From: Rhizodiscina lignyota
Taxonomy: Eukaryota
Assembly (NCBI GenBank): GCA_010015805.1
Contig: ML978121.1
Span: 2,852,001 to 2,916,000, forward strand
Length of the DNA: 64,000 nt
Direction: 5' to 3'
Positions 1 through 14,200 of the stretch are shown here, in pieces. The notes under the pieces were generated by a model. The model saw only the letters and a list, made by a program, of their open reading frames with translations. It did not search any database and had not been told where the DNA came from. The position numbers and the translations under genes were made by a program. Each line of letters begins with the position of its first letter. Positions within the stretch are counted from its first letter, which is position 1.

Positions 1-3000
1 TATTCATCGGACTTCTCGGGCACTCGATTGTACTTGTCCCCCAATAACAGTGAAGCTGACTAGCAGTCTACAGCACCATAGATCCACGAATATCCCCGCT
101 GAGAACGCTAGATTGCTCAGTTCGGTAAGGTTGGCTCGGATTGCAACCTACAAGTCCATACGATACGCTATGAGAAGCCTGAGTGAGTGGATCAATAGTT
201 ATGCTGTTGTGCTGTGACCAAGACATTCTCCAGACACCAGGATGGTGTGAAGCATATTGGATCCGCGTTCGACAGGAATATCGGGTATATCTTCAACACC
301 CTCGCTGTTGTTTCGCTAAACACAGCCTTCTGCACCCAAAACTCTTTACTAGCAGCAGACCAGCAACCTATCCTTCCCGGACACTGAATACCTCGATCTT
401 GAACCGTCCTCCACTGTCATGAAGATCAACAGCTTCGCCATTCTCACCCTCTTCTCTCTAACGTCTTGTGGTGTAGCCCGGCGGGGAAGCAGGGTGAGAG
501 TCTATGGCTCGTTCCCTTGAAGAGTCAGTCAGGATCCCCAAGTCTTGACAAATGAGTATGCTCGTATCAGGACATCGTTGGTGACTAGAGCTTGGTAGAT
601 GACAACGATCCTAATGTCCAAAAGTCCCGAGTGACGGCCTTCGCTAACACGGGTGAGGGACTGAAGATCGAATGCTGGGAAATCTTATTGAAGCTCGCGG
701 CGCGAAGGGTGGTGATGTCGCAGCTTAAGATGAGGACCACGAAACGTATGCCATTACTTCGAGGATAACTCGTCGTCGTCGTCGTCGTCGCAGAAGCGAT
801 GTGCAAAGCCGACGGTCGAAACCTACTTCAACATGCGAGCCATCAGCGGGTCCGATACCACTCTGACCGCCTTCTCATTCGTCGGCCCGCCAGATCATAC
901 GGTTTTTCACGAGGATCTATGCAACTTTGCCGGACTGAAGCCAGTCTCTCCATCTAGCCAGCGTGTCGCAGACTCTAGAAAGTTCCGCTTCCAGTCCCAG
1001 GAGTAGCAATTGAGTAGTAACTACGATAAGTCATTGATTCGATCGTCTAAATGGATGATGCTATAGTGGGAAGGTCTGAATTGGACCTTTACCTACACAT
1101 AGGTAGACTGTAGTGTGAGAGTTTAGCCTCGAAACCGACGATTGGTCGGTAGGTGTTTAGAGATAAAAGACGGGATACTTGGATATATTTACATTCCACT
1201 CTGAACGCGATTAAATCACATAATAACAGAACTACTATAATGCCCCATTGTGTCTTTACATTTTAATCGTATCTGTTTCTTAAAATATTACTCCCTATTA
1301 TCAATCTCTGTACGGCTTTCCAGGCTTGCAGCAGTCGAACGATGTGGGTGGGCCGTCTCGGGTAGCGCACGGAAAGATACGAGATACCTTCGTTGAACGT
1401 CATGAGGGCGTAAACTCTCAAATCTTTCGTATTTCTCACATGCGACCGCTTGGCTTCATCGTTGATATAGCGCAGAATTAGCTCCTTGGCTTCATCACGA
1501 CAGATAAGGTACTTCAGGATTTTCAACTGTGGATCGGCATCCCTCGAGCGCCGCACTGTACGCGATCGGAAATCCTTTCAATCCGTCGAGGCAGATCTCT
1601 CATCACGAAGTACAGCTGTACATCTGTACAGTACCTCGACCGCTCCTGTATCTTGCTGGACGACATGCCATGGCAGCACATTCGAAATGATTTTCATATA
1701 CGGTCTTGGCTCGGGTTATCATCTTGACGAGATGTCTTGGACTCCGTACCAGGTTGTACGCATCGATGGTGCGCCCCCGAACCAGCAGCGCGGTACTGCC
1801 ACGAAGGGTACACACCCGGTAATCGCATAGGTAATTGCATGTGTCGCCGCTCTGAAATGGAATAAAATAGTCGACAGATCTTGGCACAGATGATTTCCGA
1901 CGGAGAATGGACGGCGAGCTTGACGAGCTGACCTACAGTAGTAAACGCCTCGTGTGGCTTTATCGTGCGAGGCGGTCCCGCATTGCACGATGTCGCCACA
2001 GCTCCTCCAAAGCGCAGTTCAAAGTTGTGTGACTGCCTGTTGGAGCAAGAAGATGCAAAGCACGAGTCAACGTCGCCGAGAGCTGCTCATATTTACGCAA
2101 CGCACTTTGCAATTGTAGCACGACCGCAAATTATCTCACGCGACAGCCACCCACTTGCCCAAGGGAGCTTATCACGCACGCCCTCACCGGGGCCGTCCGC
2201 CAGGTTGCGTTTGGAGGTTGCAGTGGGCACAGACGAGGAATCAGCGCTGGCGGGCGAATGAGATCCGCCCAGCCATCAAGCATTGCGGAGAGGAACGCCA
2301 AGACATCCACTAAGCCCGTCCGCCAATTGCGGGCACTAGCGAGCAGCAGCGAGGCGTCCGGCTGCATTGCCGCAAGTGGCAGGTCCACCAACTCCATCTG
2401 GTAGCTCTAACGGATGCGCCGCAGCTCACAGTTTGCAATGCGAGGAAAGCTTTTTTGTCAGACGGCCACCGACACTTGCCGTTCCCAGCGGGAATGCTCG
2501 TGTGTCAGTATTACGCCGTTGATACGACTGACGTTACAATAGGCGTTCGAGCTCCGCAGAACTTTTCTTCTAGAAGGCTGCATGGAACCATCTAGCGCCC
2601 GGCGGCGACAGCAGGATTGGCCACTTGGGCAGCACGGGAGATAACGATCTAACAAATGCTGGGGGCTCTCTCACAATTTGCGATCCGAACGCCCCATGTT
2701 CCCTACAGCAGCGTGCTGATCGCTGCTTCACCCTCTGCTCCTGCTTCGTATTCCTGGCCTAGAATCGAGATGGGTGGGCGGCGATTTACAGCGCGACCCA
2801 CTGTAATTGGAGTCCTGATTCCAGATACCTGGCTTCTTGCGAGCCGCTATCCATCAACCTTCCCAACTGGCTGCCGCTACGTGCATATCAATAGCTGTTC
2901 TCGACGTCTACTGAGTGGTCCAAGCTGCACGGTGACATGGATGGCATTGCTTGCACCATTTGCACCACGAGGCCAACGCCACTTGTAGCTGAATGCCCAC

Positions 3001-3428
3001 AGCGCTAATTGGTTCGATGGAGAATCAAAAAGGCTTCGCTAGCTTGGGTTTGCTTCTGTCCCGTCCAACCAGGTCAAGCATCATTGGCGGATCCTTGATA
3101 CCGCAACGGCAAGGTGCTAGCCCTGCACAATCCATTCTTCTGTCAACCTTCCTAAAGGATGATCGCAGCGAGGACGACCTGCACCGAGCTATCAATTCGC
3201 CGCTGATAAGCGCGTTGCAACAAGGTCCAGCTCCATGGGGACTTGCCGAACCAGAACGCAGGTCTCACGAGGGCAAGGGGTGAAATGGAGAGGCGGGTCG
3301 TCGCAGATCGCCTCGTCAGACCTGTATAAAACATCTCACCCTCCGCATTCGACGAGTGCCCCAATTGATCTCGCCGTGTGCGACTCTCCAATACCAACTA
3401 TACCCCCAAGTCGACAGTTATCGACACC

Positions 3429-5538
3429 ATGCCTGGAGATATCACAGACGTTGTATGTCTTCGAAGCACACTTCTCCATGATTTGATATACTGACTTTGC
3501 TCTCCTTCAAGTATGCGGGCGCCAGGCACGACCCCGCCCTCATCGTGCCAGATGGCGACAGGAAGCGCTCATTGGCACCTGAGGACCACGAGACGGAAAT
3601 CCCGCCATTCTTCGAAGGCAAGGCCGTCGAGCAGACAGCATATCTCGGAGACCCAGATATGCCAACGGCCGAAGACATGGCGACGCTGCGTCGTGTGCCT
3701 GACAAGATTCCCTTTAAGGCATACACGATTGCGTTCGTCGAATTGACCGAGCGTCTTTCGTACTACGGTACCACGCAGGTAGGTTGATCAAATTTGAGAT
3801 TGAGGGGTTTTACGTAACGATTTTCTAATACGACCTCCAGGTGTTTGTCAACTTCATCCAGCAACCAAATCCAGGTACTTCCACTGGACGAGCAACCGAC
3901 CCAGGTGCCGCTGATGCTCAACCCGGTGCCTTGAATCTCGGCCAGCAGGCCTCCACTGGCCTCACCACCTTCAATCAGTTCTGGGTGTATCTCATCCCTC
4001 TTTTCGGCGCCTATGTCGCTGACACCTACACTGGTCGTTTCAACGCCATCTGGATCTCCGTGCTCATCGCCATCGTTGGCCATGTTATTCTCACTGCTTC
4101 GGCCGCTCCCGGGGTCATTGCCCACCCTCACAGCTCTCTTGCCGCTTTCATTATCGGTCTGATCATCATGGGCATTGGCACGGGTGGCTTCAAGCCGAAC
4201 ATCTCTCCCCTTGTCGCTGAGCAGATTCCTCGCGAGAAGATGAAGGTCGTCACAACGAAGAAGGGCGAGCGAGTTATCATCGATCCCGCTGTTACGATCA
4301 GCCGTGTTTACAATTGGTTCTACCTGTTCATCAACGTCGGTGCACTGATCGGTCAGCTCTCCATGGCGTACGCTGAGCGTTACGTCGGCTTCTACCTCTC
4401 CTATCTTCTGCCGACCATCATGTTTTGTCTCTCCATCCCGGTTCTCTACCTCTGCCGCAACTGGTACCAGCGCCGTCCGCCAGAAGGTTCTGTGCTCGGC
4501 CCTGCTTTCATGCTGCTCGTCAGAGGTACCAAGGGTCGCTGGTCTATCAATCCTGTCCGGTCCTACAAGAACATGTACGATGGGACTTTCTGGGATAGTG
4601 TCAAGCCCTCCAAGATTGCTCCGGAGAACCGTCCGAAGTGGATGACATTCGATGATGCGTGGGTTGACGAAGTCGCTCGTGGCTGGGCTGCTTGCTCCGT
4701 TTTCCTGTGGTACCCGCTCTACTGGATTACCTACAACCAGGTTAGTCTTCCAGCCATGTGCAAAAGGCGAGGGATTTTTTTTTAGCTAACGATATAACAG
4801 CTTAACAACAACCTGACTTCTCAAGCTGCAACCATGTCGCTCCACGGCGTGCCAAACGACGTGCTGTCCAACTTGGACCCCTTCGCTCTCATCATCTTCA
4901 TCCCCATCTGCGATCTTTTCATCTATCCTGCTCTGCGCAAGGCCGGTATCAGGTTTACGCCAATTAAGAGAATCACTGCCGGTTTCTTCGCCGGTTCCTT
5001 CGGTATGGTCTGGGCTGCAGTCGTCCAGCACTACATCTACAAGACCTCCTCCTGCGGTGACTTCGCCGGCGGTGACGACTGCTCTTCCCCAATCAACGTC
5101 TGGGCGCAGACCGGCTCGTACGTGCTGATCGCGCTGTCCGAGATCTTCGCCTCCATCACGTCGCTCGAGTACGGCTTCTCCAAGGCCCCCAAGAACATGC
5201 GTTCGCTCGTCGCAGCTTTCGCGCTCTTCATGTCCGCCATCTCCGCCGCCATCGGCGAGGCCTTCGTCCCGCTGTCCACTGACCCCCTGCTCGTCTGGAA
5301 CTACGGTTCCATGGCCGTCATCGCGTTCATCGCCGGCTGGATCTTCTGGTTCATGTACCGCAAGCTCGACGCACAGGAGGACACGCTCAATGAGCTGCCC
5401 ACGGGCCACATGGGCACGCGCGAGCAGGCCGCTGACGTCGAGAGGAGACTCTCCGTCATCTCTGGTGGATACAGGCCGAGCGTTGACCGCGCGGCTGAGC
5501 CTGCGCCCGCGCCCGCTGCCACGAATGAGAAGATCTAA
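3429..5538 (+). CDS. PTR2: POT/PTR-family di/tripeptide transporter (4 exons: 3429-3452, 3512-3778, 3841-4740, 4801-5538)
   Basis: Motifs ELTERLSYYG (ExxER), GAYVADTYTGR, GTGGFKPNISPL, FYLFINVGAL, EYGFSKAPKNMRS; multiple TM segments; GT..AG introns join the ORF fragments in frame. Confidence 0.95.
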
Positions 5539-6015
5539 GGGTCCTGTGGTCGCTTCACTGCTAGATGTTGTAATTAGTGCGTTTTCTGTCTCTATTACTG
5601 TGGGCTTAGGACGATGGGATGAACTGGGTTATGCGATGATGTTGGGAGAGTAAAAGTGCTTGTTGCAAGATACCAGTCACTGTTGCTATGATATCCTTGT
5701 TACGATGAGGAAATATATCACGTTTATCCACTCTACCTACCCCCCTTGATTCTTATATTTGATGCGCTCCCATGATGTGATGTCCAAGTATGATCGAGGG
5801 CGAACAAAATAAGGAGTTGACCACGACGAAGCGGATTTCACATCAAGAAATACACAATTCGTCGAGACAGTAGCAGTCCACTTCCTTCATATGCTACTCA
5901 AAATTCTATGTTCAATGTACACTGGGTTGATCCTGCGCCAGTTTCGCCTGCTGAAGAGAATGCTTTCGAATATGCTACCTCCCTCTTAATGCCGATGCCA
6001 TATGCAAGCATCTTA

Positions 6016-7730
6016 TCAGTGAGCCTTGGCCGTCTTGCTCTTTTCCTTCCCTGTGGCCCCCGCAGGCTTGATCCTCGCCATCATCTCCTCCTTCGTGATA
6101 AGGTGATCGATCCTCTCCAACAGTCCTAGGAGCCCTCTCATGTTCGAGCTCCACTCGTTGAGCACGTCATCCGCATCTCTTGGCTTGGCAAAGTTGACCA
6201 CACCAGCCGGCCGATCGATTCTGGCATAAATCGTCTTGCTCGTCACAAGCTGGCTTATGTACTCCTCTGTCTCGTCCTCACTGAGGTCAAGCAGCTGCGT
6301 GAGTCTGGCTGTACGTATACGAGTATAGTACTTCGCCACGACCCTTACGTTGTGCTCGATCACTCGCTTCCGCAAATCCTGCCACCGCTGGTGCGCCTTC
6401 CCGTCACCTGCGCGCTCTTGTGCTGCAGTGGGGGCGAAGATATCGCTCTCACCGAGATGAGGACCGTATGTCTCGGCGACTACAGGCCAGCGCATGATCT
6501 CGGGCACAGTGAACGAATGGAGAAGCTGGGCGTCGCGGGGAACCAGCTGAGCATTGCGAGTGTCTGTGTGGATGCGGTGGAGGAGGTCAGACTGTTCGTT
6601 TGAGTGAGGAGAGAGGAGGATGAAATAGATCGTTCTTTGAAGTGCCTAAAATTCATCTTATGTTAGCATCTGACACTACTCTAGTTTATATACAACTTGA
6701 ACTTACGGATCGTAATAAGTCGGGGTTATTCTCCACTGCCTCTGTGTCCAAGACTTGTCGATAGTGCTTGCAGGCATCTAGATACTTGTCATCGTGCTTC
6801 GCTAAGATGATCTGCTGTTCGTAATACTGCAGCTTCAGGTCCGTCACGTCGTCTTCGGGTTCTGGTGGCGGATCGCTCGGGTCTCTCTTCTTGTCCTTCT
6901 CTTCCTTCTCTTTTCGATCCTTCTCCTGCTGCTCAGGTGTCTTCTTCGGCTTCCTTGCAAAATATCGCGTGCTGATCTTCCGGCTGAGGATGCTAGCTTG
7001 CGTCCAGTCTCCCTTCTCGATACACAGCGCCACTTGTTCCAGAATGAACTCCGTCTTCTCTCGTCGCGACATTGAGCCGAAAGTCTCGACCTGGAGTTCG
7101 CAGAGGATGTCCGTCGCGGAAGTAATATCGCCTTGAGTCTTCTTGATGTTGGAGAGGATACGGGTCACACGCGCTCTTTCTACTTCCACAAAGATCTGAG
7201 AACAGTTAGCCTAACAGTCGCTACTAAGTACTCTACGATTATTTTACCTTGCCCTCCGTGACTGTACGCAGTGTCTCGATCGTGCTCATCTTTGTCTCCG
7301 TGTTCGGCGCATCATCCAAGAAGCCCATTACGACCTGGACCATCTTGGTTGTTGCTTGCTTGAGCTGCCCGTGCTTCTTAGAAAGCACGAGCACCTGCTC
7401 ATTGAGCAGGCTCCAATCGCCAGATTCTTTACATATTGTGACGATACCAACGAGAAGTCGTGAAGTGGATGCAAGGTCGGAGGCCTGAGGACTTGTCAGC
7501 TACACTGGTCTCGTGAGAGTGCTTGGAGGCGGCCTACTTGTCTTGCTTGCTTCTCTAGGACAAGGAGCTTCTCTACGGCACCTTGAACATTTGTCTAAAG
7601 AGATGTCAGTATTGTATGACCAATGAGGGAGGTAGAACCATACTTTGGCGAGCTCTTGGGCTTCTGGTAGGAGCTTGTCAACGTCTTTCGTGAAGTCCTT
7701 CTCCGCCTTCAGCACCGTGCCGTCCGACAT
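6016..7730 (-). CDS. RPN5: 26S proteasome lid subunit Rpn5/PSMD12 (multi-exon)
   Basis: VEVERARVTR, ELQVETFGSM..EKTEFILEQV, PCI domain RVIEHNVRVVAKYYTRI..ARIDRPAG; ATG at 7730 (MSDGTVLKAEKDF). Confidence 0.96.
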
Positions 7731-8412
7731 CTTCAAACTCTCCAAAGACTTTGGGGTGGGAGTTCACTGAGGTTAAGGAAAAGAGGTCGAGTAGTGTCTC
7801 AAGGGTCCAAGAAGTGATGAAGATATGTTGCGTTGCGTTGCGGCGACCGCGACTTTGAAAGTGCTCGAGCTTCACCCATCGGGCCGACATTTACCCCCAG
7901 CGCCAGCCGCCCAAGAAAACATCCTGGACACCTGAGACATAGCGTCCTCCTACACCTTCACTATATCACAAGTTACGAAGAATATCAAATCCAAACCCGT
8001 ACTAGTCAAAAGTTATGATTTGATCTGCGGCACTCTTCGCAGTTCGACAATATCGCAAGTATTATGTATGCTATCCATTTCCATGCAACCGGTGGCATCC
8101 GTTCAACCGTGACCATCCATTGTCCTGTCATTCAGTCTTAACGGAAATGATTCGACCTGGATAGAAAATAATATGGTAGAGTATGGTTCTTCACACTCTC
8201 TATCCAATCGTTGACGCACAGGTCAACTTCATAGCGCCGTACTTAAATTTTCATGCCCAAAGTATCGTGGATGCAAGGGCTCGGAACCGTTGATTGGATG
8301 TCAGTATCCAGCTGAATCCCAGCCTTGCAGCGAGAAAGTTCCATGAAACTCGCGAGACAACCTCGACATTGACACTCTCTTCACTTCTACCATTTTCATC
8401 AGTTTCGAACAT

Positions 8413-11220
8413 ATGGCGGATCCACTGAGTTTAACAGCCTCCATCGTGGGAGTTGCTGGCGCAGGGACTAAGATCGCGCTGGAACTGATCACGCTTGCGG
8501 AGACGGTAGCAACCGCCCCAAGACGAATAAAAAGAATCGCAGATGATGTGTCCCTTACCTGTGCCGTATTGTAAGTGTTGCGATGTCTCCCGACATTGTT
8601 TTAAATCTGATGTAATTAGGGATCAATTAAAAGACTTGATGCAGGAAAAGGTAGATGACAAGGGCAACAAATTCACCATCTTCAAGAAACAAGGCCTGAA
8701 AGATGCCGAAACAGCTGTCAATCAGTGTCACGAAATCTTCGGCGATTTCGAAGGCGAACTAAATAAAGCCAGCAAGCAGTTGAGCGTAAGAGAAGCATCT
8801 ACTGGACCGGTCAAGCTCTCACCCATGGAACGCGCAAAATGGCCATTTCTCCAGCCAAGGATGGATATTTTGAAGACAGATTTGAGGGAAGCGAAGGACA
8901 CTCTTCTTCTCATGCTGACAGTCGCGACTCTGGCGCATGCCGAAGCAGTCGCTCTGAAGTAAGTCTGTGAAACAAGTGTCTCCCAGCAATGAAATCTCAC
9001 CAGAGGATTACAGAGGCAATACTGTAGTGGATCCTCAGGAGCGCCGAACATTGACGGCGACAGTGGTCACACTGACCAAGACGCGCAAGACTCATGATAC
9101 GGCGCAAATTGCAAACGGAACTGGCAAGGAGATCAACACTTCTACTGTTGCCAACAAAAGTGGCCATATGGGCAAGCGCTCTGCTTTCATCAGCATGTTT
9201 CGCCCAAATAACTACAAGACGAATGGCACTACGCTAGAAGGCACTCGTGAAGGAACGCGTGGTCTGGATTTACAGGATCCTCCCAGGCCAGTCCAGGCGA
9301 CTTCAGAGACGAAATCAACATCTCTATCGGCATGGAGACGTCAATCTAACTCTCATAATGTCGAGAATGCAGATGTTTTCCAGTACCAAGTTCATGATGC
9401 GAAAGATGTCAACTCTTCAGAATCCATCCAAAACGCATTCCGCAATCTGCGCACGCCTCGCAAAGATAGCCCTAAAGCCGCTACAAATAACATGAGCGAA
9501 GATGATACCCTGCAGGCATACGAGTCTCCTGACGAGGGGCAGACGAAAGAGCCCGATAATGTTGATATTTCTGGCACTTCTCCTGAGCAAGAGCAGAAAG
9601 ATGATCCTGACAAAGTTGGCTCTACTGATCTCGTCCTCGGCCAGGATCAGAAGTCGCCGGACGAAGCCTCTATGGCATCTCCTAAAACTGACAAACCAAA
9701 GAGTCCAGATCGAGGAGTAAAGCGTGTGGGATTTGCCGAAGTTTCATCTGAATCCGCCAACGACGAAGACGAGCTCTTAGCTTTCACCAATACTGCCCTG
9801 GAACCAGAGCCAACTGTCGTTGCAGGCGGTGTCAAGCGCCTCCGCGTTCCCTTGACTGAGATCAAAACCAGATTACAAGCCCAGCTCGACGCTTCGATTT
9901 CAGTCATGGACACTCTTCAAGCACTCAATGTTCCCCAGAGGAATATGATCTTAGAGCACACTGCCGCTTTGAATGCGCACTTAGTCGCACTGGAGATACT
10001 GCCCCCTGTGCACAGGTCAACGATTCTCGGCGACATTGAAATCACTCTGCTTATGTGGATTGTGAGTCGCGATGCCAGTGATGTGAGACAGGAGCAGGAG
10101 AGGAGAGAGAAGGAACTCCAAGACAAGCAACGTCGCGAAAAGGAGCTCTACGAGCGAGAGCGGCTGGAAATGGAACAGCGGAAAAAGAGGGAGGTTGAAT
10201 TTCGCGAGAGGGAGCGCCGCGAAAGGGAATTGTACGAGCGAGAAATCGTCCGTCGTAAAAAGATGGAAGAGGAGAAGTTCAGCCGCAGAGTCGAAGAGGA
10301 GATGCATAAACGCCTGGCGAGGTTTGGATTCCAGGAAAACCAGATCGGAGCGATGATAGAACCTGGGAAGGCAGGCGCATCAACCAACGGTCAGACGTCC
10401 CAGGCTAGGTTTAGCAGGCGGCCGACCTACGTGAAATGTAAAAAGATTCATCTACTTGAGGATACCCTGAAGTATTTTAACCTACCGTATGAGACGCTTA
10501 AGGTGAGAACTCGAATAATCCCTCTACTTTAGGTAAAAATATCATCTAGCGCTCGAGACTGACGTATCTTAGGATGAGCCCGATTACTGGCTCATACAAC
10601 AAGAGATGACGCTTCCGGAGACGGATATTCTGTTCGAACATACGCGCAAGTTGCGCAAAGAGAACGGCGCCCAGCAAGACGTCAGTAAGAGCGACCAGGT
10701 CAAGATGGAAACCGTGCCCTTATCCCAGCTCCGAGAAAAGGCAGATGTGATGGTTATACCTCGTCGTCCTATCAATGTTCATCCTGGCGAGCGAAGCTAC
10801 AAGCGTATTGGCTCGTCAGACCAGAACCAGCAGATAAGAGGCTTCCTGGGTCGCTTGAAGTCGCTCGGGAGAAGGAAACCGAGGCTGGATATGCTGCAAG
10901 AAGACGATGTCGTGAGCTTGCAAAGGGTCGGGGTCAAGAGGAACGACTCGGAGATAGCGGATGAAAGAAAGAGCTTTGGGAGCTCGCACGGTAAAGCCAC
11001 CAAAGATCCGGAGGATGACGAGGCGGATGATGTTGAGAGTGAGGAAGAACCAGATGTGCGCTATGATGAGAAGGACCAAGCTGGAGGAGAGGAACTTGTG
11101 AAGGAGTTGATGGAGCGATGGACAATCTTGGGCGATGAAAAAATGGACGCTGAAAAGGGAGAGGAGCAAAAAGACGAAAAGGGGGACGAAGAGATTCAGT
11201 CTCAACTGCCTGATGAGTGA
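8413..11220 (+). CDS. Fungal protein with N-terminal HeLo-like/STAND-N helical domain, disordered middle, E/R/K-rich helix and conserved C-terminal domain (4 exons)
   Basis: Start MADPLSLTASIVGVAGAGTKIALEL and later RAKWPFLQPRMDILKTDL match the fungal STAND N-terminal pattern; introns near 8571, 8959 and 10503 link ORFs 8543, 8967 and 10606. Confidence 0.75.
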
Positions 11221-14200
11221 GGTTGTTTGATCTCTCCTTGTTACTTGTTTATGATTTGTCAACTGGGGTAAACTTCTGCGCCGTTCACTTCTTTCTGAAT
11301 TCAGCGTTCGCGCCTTGAAGCACATAAGGGGGCTTATCCACCGAAAATGCCGTGGTTCTCCGTACAGACCGTTCATCTCCATCCGGGCGTGATTGTGGAA
11401 GGGACATCGCGATTGTGAAGACCAACTGTCACTGTGCTCTTCAACGAAATTACAGTTCGATTTCGAGCTGATCCTTCCTCGAAGGGTCAATTTGCGACTG
11501 TATACGAGCTTTTGCGTCTTCGCGGCGCCACGGCGCCTCTTGCACACTCTGTGCGGCCGCCCTATGCGAGTGATTCACGTTTCAGACAGTCGGTTTTAAC
11601 GCCAAATCCTGGGGCAGTGGAGTCGGTGGCGTTTGCATAGGAGGAGACTAGGAGATTTTGCGGCATGAGAGGCGCCTGGGTAACCGCACGTCCACATTAC
11701 TCTATACAGCAACTTCAGGCGCGAGCGAATACTCCCCCTTGCGGGTGGCTTAATTGTCTCAGTAGCAGTCGATCGCAAGGTATTCGTCTGTTCGTAAAGC
11801 TGTATGCAGTCCTATTAAAGTGATTATGAGGCTCCAGTCAGCCCGGACATTGGGAGGGGAGAAAAGAAGGGTATGAGGTAAGAATTTGGTGCCAAGGCGA
11901 TGCCGAAGCGGCCGAAACTGGGCCTGTTAGTTTGAGTTCTGACGAGCAAGATGGGGGAGACAATTGGGGGAGCAAGTTGTGGCTTGGAAAGGAAGTCGTC
12001 ATGGAACAGGGTTGACCTTTTGCTCCTGCTGATCCCTATTTCGCTTCCTTTTCGGGCACAACACCTATAAGGCTATTACGTTATCGAGCATATCTGGATT
12101 TTAAAGGGGTTATGACGGACGAAACCCTTTCTTTCGGTAACAGCAGGGTACATAGATGTTGTTAACCTAGCTTTCACGATGCTTCACTTCCTGTTGTGGA
12201 GATATTTGGAAGCTCTTCGAAAGTCGGAGATTAAACAGCGTAAGACGGATTGAGCAGACCTGACCGGAAACTTTTCGAGGACACTTTTTCGAGCTCAAAA
12301 AACTGGATCCTCTCCTAAAGATACTATGTTCCAGAATAATACACCTACAGTTATTGGTATCAGAAGGATCTTCTACACGATGCCGGTGAGCGCGGACCAG
12401 CATCCGGCCGCACATGTTAAACAAGGTTAGGTGTACGAAGTAGATAGCACCATCTCGCTAGTAACTGGTGATTCTGCGACAAGCTCCTTGTTGAAGTGGT
12501 AGTGAGTTATTTTGATTGCTTCGCCTTCGCTGCGCCGCACGTGGTTTATTATGGTGGAAGGAAGCGGCGCGGTTCACAGGGCTCTTTCGATCCTTCAAGA
12601 CGTCCCAGTCCCAAGGTTGAGATGGATCGACAGGCGTTCAGGAACCGCTTCGAAAATAGAAAACTTGCGAAACTTGGATATTGCAGGACGTCCCGCGCTC
12701 GGGTCAACAGTCGATAGTCTCACAACTGAGCTCGCATTTTGTTTGCACATCCCAACGTCTATCGTATTGTTTGGCTCCTCTTCGAATTGCCCTCGGCGAC
12801 TCGTTCCGTTGACTGGGGGTTGTAACAAACAATTGGAGCGCACGGCTATGGGCCCGTGTCTGGCCGTGCTGGACATCAACAGGAAGCACCTAAAAGACGG
12901 GGCAAGGAATAGTGATGATGAATCTGGCGAGATTTTTGAACATCGTATCGCTTGCTTTACCGCTCCTTGGCGGTGCAGCTCGTTCGCTGTGGCGCGGCAG
13001 TCCAAAAATTCGTGCTTGACTTTGCAGTTGGCATGTGGAGAAGAGAGCTGTCATCCTTCTCGGTCCATTGCCGACAGCGTATTCTTATTTCCAATGTGGA
13101 TGCGTGGAGTGCCGAATGAAAAGTCCTAGCCTGTGTTCTTGCGCTGGACAAAGTGCTATTATTTGCTGTCGTTGATGCCCTACTGCGCGGTAGCCGGCAA
13201 GCCTGTGACGATCGCAGGACGACGGCCCCATCTGGAAGTCTATCGATTTTTAGCGCGCTATCTCTGCCGTTTGCGGCTCCTTGCAGGACACTTTCAAGAA
13301 AATTATTCCTCACCGGTCTGAAGGCTTCTGCTTGTGGATCTGCAAGCAGACATCCGCTTCACATTCTAGATGCCAACATTGCACACGCATATGTATGGCA
13401 ACGTCCACGCGACGCCTATGGCCAGCACGCCACTTCAGCTCTGCTGGTGTTCGCGAGAAAACTGCCGAACCTCGCGCTCCAGGCGCGTGGCCAGGGAACT
13501 GCGTATCGAGATTCGTATCAGGCATGTTGATTGCTTCCTTGGGCAGTTCAGCTCCAGCTTCAAGGTTCAACTGCGGAAGAGATGCCGCACCTTCCTGCAA
13601 CATGATTGCTACGAAGAAGTTGGCCCATGCCCATGATTCACAGCAAGGTGCTAGGGAGGCGGACTTCGGTCCTGGATCACTTTACGAGGGATCATCGTCA
13701 ACATTGTCAACAGCAGGCTGATGCTATTATTCCATGCACCACATCTACTAGGAAGAAGTTTCGAAAGCAAAAGACTTCGGTACTTCTCATCTCGCCCTGA
13801 AGATCAAGGGGAAGGTCTCACAACACCTCATGAAGATGACGTCTATGATATCGACGGGATAACGCCACGGAGAGAGACGACCCACGATGCTGAGGCGTGT
13901 GCGCGCCGTTCTCGACGGCGCGTCGGAAATTGTCCAAGCTCTACAGCCAGCCAAGCCATCCACAGCGGGAGCAATCTCATGTGGCGTCCCCAAGCGACTG
14001 TTGGCTTCACGCGAAGTGGTTGTGGGCGTTTTCTCCACGATTTGGCAGTCGCTTGTCCCAATTCACGTTGATCTTGCTCGGCGCTGGCAGACGTTCATGG
14101 CTCGTCAAAGTCGCGACAAAAGCCTGCACTGAGGTGTTTGCAGCCCGCTTTTCTTTTCTTGTCGGTATTTGTGGAGCCGAGATGGCTCCTTCAGGCAGAC

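Noticed and set aside
8088..8100. Rpn4/PACE site upstream of RPN5 (GGTGGCAT)
   Set aside because: Does not match the full GGTGGCAAA consensus
11935..12010. CTGACGA...GAAA hammerhead-like core
   Set aside because: The stem II closing pair is out of register and no convincing stems I/III are present
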